Source: Eledone cirrhosa (lineage: Eukaryota). Taken from it: a stretch of 64,000 nt of DNA. The notes below the pieces were generated by a model. It was not told the DNA's origin, did not search any database, and worked only from the letters and a program-made list of their open reading frames with translations. Location of the stretch: positions 8,680,001 to 8,744,000 of the forward strand of contig OZ024740.1 in assembly GCA_964016885.1 (NCBI GenBank). The letters are read 5' to 3'. Both the position numbers and the translations under genes were made by a program. Shown here in pieces: positions 55,101 to 64,000 of the stretch; positions within the stretch are counted from its first letter, which is position 1, and every line of letters begins with the position of its first letter.

Positions 55101-58080
55101 AGTTTCTATTGGTACATCAGTTTCGATTGGTATATCAGATTCGACTGGTATATCAGGTCCTATAGGTATGTCAGTTTCTATTGGTATATCAGTTTCTATT
55201 GGTATGTCAGTTTCTATTAGTATATCAGTTTCTATTGGTATGTCAGTCTCTATTGGTATACCCGTTTCGATTGCTATGTCAGTTTCGATTGGAATGTCAG
55301 TTTCGATTGGTATATCAGTTTCTATTGGTTTATCACATTTCGATTGGTATGTCAGTTTCGATTGGTATGTCAGTTTCTATTGGTATGTCAGTTTCGATTA
55401 GTATATCAGTTTCTATTGGTTTGTCAGTCTCCATTGGTATATCAGTTTCGATTGGTATGTCAGTTTCGATTAGTATGTCAGTTCATATAGGTATGTCAGT
55501 TTCGATTGGTATATAAGTTTCGATTGGTATGTCAGTTTCTATTAGTATGTCAGTCTCGATTGGTATGTCATTTTCGATTGGTATATCAGTTTCGAATGGT
55601 ATTTCAATCTCGATTGGTATGTCAGTTTCTCTTGGTATATCAGTTTTGATTGGTATGTCAGTTTCGATTGGTATATCAGTTTCGATTGGTATATCAGATT
55701 CGACTGGTATATCACTTTCTATTGCTATATCAGTTTCTATTGGTATGTCAGTTTCGATTGGTATGTCAGTTTCTATTGGTATGCCAGTTTCTATTAGTAT
55801 ATCAGTTTATATTGCTTTGTGAGTCTCTATTGGTATATCAGTTTCGATTGTTATGTCAGTTTCTATTTGTATGTCAGTTTCGATTGGTATGTTAGTCCTC
55901 GATTTGTATGTCTGTTTCTATTGGTATATCAGTTTTGATTGGTATGTCAGTTTCAATTAGTATATCAGTTTCTATTGGTATGTCAGTTTCTATTAGTATA
56001 TCAGTTTCGATTGGTATGTCAGTTTTGATTAGTATATCAGTTCCTATAGGTATGTCAGTTTCTATTGGTATATTAGTTTCGATTGGTATGTCAGTTTCTA
56101 TTGGTATATCAGTTTCGATTGGTATGTCAGTTTCGATTAGTATATCAGTTTCTATTGGTATGTCAGTCTCTATTGGTATAACAGTTTCAATTGGTATATC
56201 AGATTCGACTGGTATATCAATTTCTATTGCTATATCAGTTTCGATTGGTATATCAGTTTCGATTGGTATGTCAATTTCGATTGGTATGTCAGTTTCGATT
56301 GGTATATCTATTTCTTTTGGTATGTTAGTCCTCGATTTGTATGTCAGTTTCTATTGGTAGATCAGTTTCGATTGGTACGTCAGTTTCAATTAGTATATAA
56401 GTTTCTATTGGTATGTCAGTTTCTATTAGTATATCAGTTTCGATTGGCATATCACTCTCGATTGGTATGTCAGTTTCGATTGGTATGTCAGTTTCGATTG
56501 GTATATCAGTTTCGATTGGCATATCAGTTTCTATTGCAATATGAATTTATATTGGTATAAAAGTTTCCATTGCTATGTCAGTTTCTATTGCTATATCAGT
56601 TGCGATTGGTATGTCAGTGTCTATTGGTATATCAGTTTTGATTGGTATATCAGTTTCGATTAGTATATCAGTTCCTATAGGTATGTCAGTTTCTATTGGT
56701 ATATCAGTTTCGATTGGTATGTCAGTTTCTATTGGTATATCAGTTTCGATTGGTATGTCAGTTTCGACTAGAATATCAGCTTCTATTGGTATGTCAGTTT
56801 CTATTGGTATATCAGTTTCGATTGGTATATTAGTTTCGATTGGTATGTCAATTTCGATTGGTATGTCAATTTCGATTGGTATAACAGATTCGACTGGTAT
56901 ATCACTTTCTATTGCTCTATCAGTTTCTATTGGTATGTCAGTTTCAATTGGTATATCAGTTTCTATTGGTATATCAGTTTCGATTGGTATGTCAGTTTCT
57001 ATTGGTATGTCAATGTCTATTGGTATATCAGTTTCTATTGGTATATCAGTTTCGATTGGTATGTCAGTTTCGATTGGTATGTCAGTTTCTATTAGTATAT
57101 CAGTTTCTATTGGTATGTCAGTCTCTATTGGTATATCCGTTTCGATTGGTATGTCAGTTTCGATTGGTATGTCAGTTTTGATTGGTATATCAGTTTCTAT
57201 TGGTATATCAGTTTCGATTGGTATGTCAGTTTCGACTAGAATATTAGTTTCTATTGGTATGTCAGTTTCGATTAGTATATCAGTTTCTATTGGTTTGTCA
57301 GTCTCCATTGGTATATCAGTTTCGATTGGTATATCAGTTTCGATTGGTATGTCAGTTTCTATTTGTATATCAGTTTCGATTAGTATATCAGTTTCTATTG
57401 GTATGTGAGTCTCTATTGGTATGTCAGTTTCGATTAGTATATCAGTTTCTATTGGTTTGTCAGTCTCCATTGGTATGTCAGTTTCAATTGGTATATCAGT
57501 TTCGATTGGTATGTCAGTTTCTATTTGTATATCAGTTTCGATTAGTATATCAGTTTCTATTGGTATGTGAGTCTCTATTGGTATGTCAGTTTCGATTAGT
57601 ATATCAGTTTCTATTGGTATGTCAGTCTCTATTGGTATATCAGATTCAACTGGTATATCACTTTCTATTGCTATATCCGTTTCGATTGGTATGTCAGTTT
57701 CGATTGGTATATCAGTTTCTATTGGTTTATCAGTTTTGATTGGTATGTCAGTTTCTCTTGGTATGTCAGTTTCGATTAGTATATCAGTTCATATTGGTAT
57801 GTCAGTTTCGATTGGTATGTCAGTGTCTATTTGTATATCAGTTTCCATTGGTATATCAGTTTCGATTAGTATATCAGGTCCTATAGGTATGTCAGTTTCT
57901 ATTGGTATATCAATTTCGATTGGTATGTCAGTTTCTATTGGTATATCAGTTTCGATTGGTATATCAGTCTCGATTGGTATGTCAATTTCAATTGGTATGT
58001 CAATTTCGATTGGTATATCAGATTCGACTGGTATATCAGGTCCTATATGTATGTCAGTTTCTATTGGTATATCAGTTTCG

Positions 58081-59700
58081 ATTGGTATGTCAGTTTCTAT
58101 TGGTATGTCAGTTTCTATTGGTATGTCAGTTTCTATTGGTATGTCAGTTTCTATTGGTATGTCAGTTTCTATTGGTATGTCAGTTTCTATTGGTATGTCA
58201 GTTTCTATTGGTATGTCAGTTTCTATTGGTATGTCAGTTTCTATTGGTATGTCAGTTTCTATTGGTATGTCAGTTTCTATTAGTATATCAGTTTTTATTG
58301 GTATGTCAGTCTCTCTTGGTATACTCGTTTCGATTGGTATGTCAGTTTCTATTGGTATGTCAGTTTCTATTGGTATGTCAGTTTCTATTGGTATGTCAGT
58401 TTCTATTGGTATGTCAGTTTCTATTGGTATATCAGTTTCTATTGGTATGTCAGTTTCTATTGGTATGTCAGTTTCTATTGGTATGTCAGTTTCTATTAGT
58501 ATATCAGTTTTTATTGGTATGTCAGTCTCTCTTGGTATACTCGTTTCGATTGGTATGTCAGTTTCTATTGGTATGTCAGTTTCTATTGGTATGTCAGTTT
58601 CTATTGGTATGTCAGTTTCTATTGGTATGTCAGTTTCTATTGGTATATCAGTTTCTATTGGTATGTCAGTTTCTATTGGTATGTCAGTTTCTATTGGTAT
58701 GTCAGTTTCTATTAGTATATCAGTTTTTATTGGTATGTCAGTCTCTCTTGGTATACTCGTTTCGATTGGTATGTCAGTTTCTATTGGTATGTCAGTTTCT
58801 ATTGGTATGTCAGTTTCTATTGGTATGTCAGTTTCTATTGGTATGTCAGTTTCTATTGGTATATCAGTTTCTATTGGTATGTCAGTTTCTATTGGTATGT
58901 CAGTTTCTATTGGTATGTCAGTTTCTATTAGTATATCAGTTTTTATTGGTATGTCAGTCTCTCTTGGTATACTCGTTTCGATTGGTATGTCAGTTTCTAT
59001 TGGTATGTCAGTTTCTATTGGTATGTCAGTTTCTATTGGTATGTCAGTTTCTATTGGTATGTCAGTTTCTATTGGTATGTCAGTTTCTATTGGTATGTCA
59101 GTTTCTATTGGTATGTCAGTTTCTATTAGTATGTCAGTTTCGATTGGTATGTCAGTTTCTATTGGTATGTCAGTTTCTATTGGTATGTCAGTTTCTATTA
59201 GTATGTCAGTTTCGATTGGTATGTCAGTTTCTATTGGTATGTCAGTTTCTATTGGTATGTCAGTTTCTATTGGTATGTCAGTTTCTATTGGTATGTCAGT
59301 TTCTATTAGTATGTCAGTTTCGATTGGTATGTCAGTTTCTATTGGTATGTCAGTTTCTATTGGTATGTCAGTTTCTATTGGTATGTCAGTTTCTATTGGT
59401 ATGTCAGTTTCGATTAGTATATCAGGTCCTATAGGTATGTCAGTTTCGATTGGTATGTCAGTTTTTATTGGTATGTCAGTTTCGATTGGTATGTCAGTTT
59501 TTATTGGTATGTCAGTTTCGATTGGTATGTCAGTCTCTCTTGGTATACTCGTTTCGATTGGTATGTCAGTTTCTATTGGTATGTCAGTTTCTATTGGTAT
59601 GTCAGTTTCTATTGGTATGTCAGTTTCTATTGGTATGTCAGTTTCTATTGGTATGTCAGTTTCTATTGGTATGTCAGTTTCTATTGGTATGTCAGTTTCG
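58081..59700. repeat. Highly homogeneous patch of ATTGGTATGTCAGTTTCT with a 216-bp (12-monomer) higher-order repeat
   Basis: Marker ATACTCG at 58321, 58537, 58753 and 58969 (spacing 216), then 59545. Long runs of identical monomers. Confidence 0.93.
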
Positions 59701-60372
59701 ATTGGTATGTCAGTTTCGATTTGTATATCAGTTTCTATTGGTATGTCTGTTTCGATTGGTATATCAGTTTCTATTGGTATGTCAGTTTATATTGGTATGT
59801 CAGTTTTGATTAGTATATCAGTTTCAAATGGTATGTCAGTCTCGATTGGTATCTCCGTTTCGACTGGCATAACAGTTTCGATTCGTATGTCAGTTTCTAT
59901 TAGTATATCAGTTTCTGTTGGTATATCATTTTCGATTGGTATGTTAGTCTCTAATGGTATTTAATTTATATTTGTATGCTAGTTTCGATTGGTATGTTAA
60001 TTTCTATTGGTATATCAGTTTTGATTGGTATGTTAGTTTCTATTTGTATGTTAGTTTCGATTAGTATATCAGTTTCTATTGGTATATCTGTTTTGATTGG
60101 TATGTTAGTCCTCGATTCGTATGTCAGTTTCTATTGGTATATCAATTCCGATTGGTATGTCAATTTCTGTTGGTATGTCAATTTCGATTGGTATGTCAGT
60201 TTCTATTGGTATATCAGTTTCGATTGGTTTGTCAGTTCCTATTGGTATGTCAGTTTTGACTAGTGTATCAGTCTCTATTGGTATGTCAGTTTCGATTGGC
60301 ATAGTAGTTTCGATTCTTATGTCAGTTTCTATTGGTATATCTGTTTACATTGGTATAACAGTTTTGATTGGT

Positions 60373-61419
60373 ATCATCATCATCATCATCATCAACGTTT
60401 AACATCCGTGTTGCACACTTGCATGGGTTTGGACGGGGGTATTCCCACTTGAGGCAAGAGTGATCGTCTTGCTCGCATAGGACTGTCTGGCAGGTTTTCT
60501 ACAGTTGGATGCCCTTCCTAACACCAACCACATTTACAGTGTGGGTCTGGGAGGTTTTTACCGTGTTGACTACACGGCCACATTACAGCATGTACTGTGT
60601 GTTTTTTTGTCGTGACACCTACACGATCTCATTCGTTTCGGCCTGGATGGTGTGGCACCAACACAACTTTACATAGAAGGGGGCGGTGTGGATGGGGTGG
60701 GGTGGTGGGGCGGGGGTGTATTTTGTTAGAGATGCCTACTGACTGTAGAAGGTTTTACTATGTATTTAGGTAAGGCGGGTCTTCTCTATTAATGAGTACC
60801 GCCAAAGGTCTCGGTCCAGTGACATTGTCTTGCAAAGGTGCAAGTGTGTGAGGTCGGAGTTTATCAGCTTGTCTCAGGTTTTTCTAGGTCTGCCTATTCC
60901 GTGGCTACCGTCTATCTTTATTGCCCTGCACTTTGTTATACAGCTATCGACTTTCATGCGCATCACTTGTCCATACCAACGTAGCCTTCTCTCGAGTAAA
61001 CAACATCTGATCCCTCTTATTTCTAATTTTTTCCTTAGTTCGTTTATGCTTTGCCGTTCACGTATATTACTATTGCACATCCAGCGGAGCATGCAAGCTT
61101 CGTTCCTCTCTAGTCTGCGTATATCCTCTGCACACAATGCCCTGGTCTCACGGCCATGCAACATTGCTGTTCGTATGCAGGCATCGTACAACCTGCCTTT
61201 CATTTTTAGGGAGAACCCTTTAGCAGCTAATAGTGGTATAAGCTCTCTGAACTTTTTCCATCCAGTTCTGACTCTAGCTACTGTACTTTCTGAGCACCCT
61301 CCCCCACTGCTGATTTTGTCACCCAGGTAACGGAAGCTGTCCACTATTTCTATAGAGCCCTCTGCGCAGTTGTAAGAGCTAGTATTTTTGTGGGCACTTG
61401 CTGCTACTTATTGCACCAG
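60373..61419 (-). mobile_element. 5'-truncated RTE subfamily A insertion, minus strand (more decayed)
   Basis: (ATC)7 at 60373-60393, reverse-complement 3' UTR and RT C-terminus. Short TSD (G)TAT. Empty site in the paralogous block at about 62211-62260. Confidence 0.95.
60766..61419 (-). pseudogene. RTE ORF C-terminal fragment with premature stop
   Basis: FRYLGDKI...RRLRWYGQVMRM...GRPRKT*. A Trp codon has mutated to TGA at 60874-60876. The natural stop is at 60766-60768. Confidence 0.9.
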
Positions 61420-64000
61420 TATGTTAGTTTCTATTGGTATGTCAGTTTCGATTAGTATATCAGTTTCTATGGGTATGTCAGTTTCGATTGGTATGTCAGT
61501 TTCGATTGTTATGTCAGTTTCTATTGGTATATCAGTTCCGATTGGTATGTCAGTTTTGATTGGCATGTCAGTTTCTATTGGTATATCAGTTTCGATTGGT
61601 ATATCAGTTTCGACTAGCATGTCAGTTTCTATTGGTATATCTGTTTCCATTGGTATATCAGTTTCGATTGCTATATCAGTTTCGATTGTAGTCAGTTTCT
61701 ATTGGTATATCAGTTTTGATTGGTATATCAGTTTCTATTGGTATATCAGTTCCGATTGGTATATCAGTTTCGATTGGTATGTCTGTTTCTATTATTATAT
61801 CAGTTTCTATTGGTATGTCAATTTCGATTGATATATCAGTTACGATTAGTATATCAGTTTCTATTGGTATGTCAGTTTCGATTGGTATATCAGTTGCTAT
61901 TGGTATATCAGTTTCGATTGGTATATCAGTTTCTATTGGTATGTCAGTTTCTATTGGTATATGAGTTTCTATTGGTATATCAGTTTCGATTGGCATGTTA
62001 GTCCTCAATTCGTATGTCAGTTTTTGTTGGTATGTCAATTGCAATTGGTATGTCAGTTTCTATTGGTATATCAGTTTCGATTGGTTTGTCAGTTCCTATT
62101 GGTATGTCAGTTTTGACTAGTATATCAGTCTCTATTGGCATGTCAGTTTCGATTGGTATGTCTATTTCGATTGGCATAGTAGTTTCTATTGGTATATCTG
62201 TTTCCATTGGTATAACAGTTTCGATTGGTATGTTAGTTTCTATTGGTATGTCAGTTTCGTTTAGTATATCAGTTTCTATTGGTATGTCAGTTTCGATTGG
62301 TATCTCAGTTTCGATTGGTATGTCAGTTTCTATTAGTATATCAGTTTCGTCTAGCATGTCAGTTTCTATTGGTATATCGGTTTCCATTGGTATATCAGTT
62401 TCGATTGGTATGTCAGTTTCTATTGGTATATCAGATTCTATTGGTATGTCAGTTTTGATTGGTATGTCAGTTTCTATTGGTATACCAGTTTCGATTGGTA
62501 TATCAGTTTCTATTGGTATATCAGTTCCGATTGGTATATCAGTTTCGATTGGTATGTCAGTTTCTATGATTATATCAGTTTCTATTGGTATGTCAATTAC
62601 GATTGATATATCAGTTACGATTAGTATATCAGTTTCTATTGGTATGTCAGTTTCAATTGGTATGTCAGTTTCTATTGGTATATCAGTTTCGATTGGTATA
62701 TCAGTTTCTATTAGTATATCGGTTTCTGTTGGTATATCATTTTCGATTGGTATGTTAGTTTCTAATGGTATTTAATTTATATTTGTATGTCAGTTTCGAT
62801 TGGTATGTCAGTTTATATTGGTATATCAGTTTTGATTGGTATGTTAGTTTCTATTGGTATGTCAGATTCGATTAGTATATCAGTTTCTATTGGTATATCA
62901 GTTTCGATTGGTATGTTAGTCCTTGATTTGTATATCAGTTTCTATTTGTATATCAATTTCGATTGGTATGTCAGTTTCTGTTGGTATGTCAATTTCGATT
63001 GGTATGTCAGTTTCTATTGGTATATCAGTTTCGATTGGTTTGTCAGTTCCTGTTCGTATGTCAGTTTTGACTACTATATCAGTCTCTATTGGTATGTCAG
63101 TTTCGATTGGTATGTCTATTTCGATTGGTATATCAGTTTCTATTTGTATGTCAGTCTCGATTCGTATGTCAGTTTTGATTGGTATGTCAGTTTGGATTGG
63201 TATGTCAATTTCTATTGGTATATCGGTTTCCATTGGTATATCAATTTCGATTGGTATGTCAGTTTCTATGGGTATATCAGTTTCTATTGGTATGTCAGTT
63301 TCGATTGGTATGTCAGTTTCTATTGGTATATCAATTTCGATTGACATATCAGTTTCGATTAGCATGTCAGTTTCGATTAGTATATCAGTTTCTATTTGTA
63401 TGTCAATTTCCGATTGGTATGTCAGTTTCTATTGATATATCAGTTTCGATTGGTATGTCAGTTTCGATTAGTAAATCAGTTTCTATTTGTATGTCAGTTT
63501 CGATTGGTATATCAGTTTCGATTGGTATATCAGTTTCGATTGGTATGTGAATTTCGATTGGTATGTCAGTTTCGATTGGTATGTCAGTTTCGATTGGTAT
63601 GTCAGTTTCTATTGGTATATCAGTTTCGATTCATATATCGGTTTCGATTACTATATCAGTTTCTATTGATGTGTCAGTTTCGATTAGTATATCAGCTTCT
63701 ATTTGTATGTCAGTTTCGATTGGTATGTCAGTTTCTATTGGTATATCAGTTTCAATTGGTATATCAGTTTCCATTGGTATATCAGTTTCGATTCGTATGT
63801 CAGTTTCTATTATTATGTCAGTTTGTATTGGTATATCAGTTTCAAGTGGTATATCAGTTTCTATTGGTATGTCAGTTTTATTGGTATGTCAGTTTCGATT
63901 GGTATATCAGTTTCGATTGGTATGTCAGTTTCTATTGGTATGTCAGTTTTGACTAGTATATCAGTCTCTATGTGTATGTCAGTTTCGATTGGTATGTCAG

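Larger units (their letters stand above)
1..64000. repeat. 18-bp tandem satellite array, consensus ATTGGTATRTCAGTTTCK, about 3000 monomers, interrupted by retroelement insertions
   Basis: 18-bp periodicity is directly visible from base 1 to 64000, always in the same orientation. Two dimorphic positions (9 G/A, 18 G/T) plus many rarer variants. The array runs off both window ends. Confidence 0.99.

Noticed and set aside
1-64000. Hundreds of ORFs of (MSVSIG)n, (LVCQFR)n, (WYISFD)n and (IETDIP)n, up to 793 aa
   Set aside because: An 18-bp unit is a multiple of 3 and stop-free in four frames. The ORFs overlap, swap frames at indels and end at random stops, so they are translations of satellite rather than genes.
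1-64000. CRISPR-like appearance (GTTTCAAT / ATTGAAAC resembles CRISPR repeat ends)
   Set aside because: Monomers are head-to-tail with no unique spacers, there are no cas genes, and the context is eukaryotic LINEs.
1-64000. Hammerhead-like words (GAAAC, CTGA) on the minus strand of the monomer
   Set aside because: CTGAYAT lacks the CUGANGA core and no stems I-III can be formed.

Overview
Eukaryotic heterochromatin-like DNA with no host gene. About 54 kb of the 64 kb window is a tandem array of roughly 3000 copies of an 18-bp monomer, ATTGGTAT(G/A)TCAGTTTC(G/T). The array shows interspersed variants, domain zonation, kb-scale duplications and a freshly homogenised patch at about 58-59.7 kb. 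It is interrupted by six segments (five independent insertions) of RTE-clade non-LTR retrotransposons with (GAT)n tails, from two subfamilies. One copy is near full length (APE endonuclease + RT, two frameshifts), three are 5'-truncated, and one is a 77-bp tail-only insertion duplicated with the array. A 547-bp solo-LTR-like insert is also present twice. The LINE 3' UTR resembles octopus RTE/SINE tails as I recall them, so a cephalopod host is an inference. The main observations are: (i) the RTE protein carries a selectively conserved C4HC3 PHD-type finger inserted inside the RT domain; (ii) all five LINE insertions join the satellite at the same dinucleotide of the 18-mer; (iii) two of the LINEs join non-contiguous parts of the array. 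The hundreds of MSVSIG/LVCQFR/WYISFD/IETDIP ORFs are translations of the satellite, not genes.
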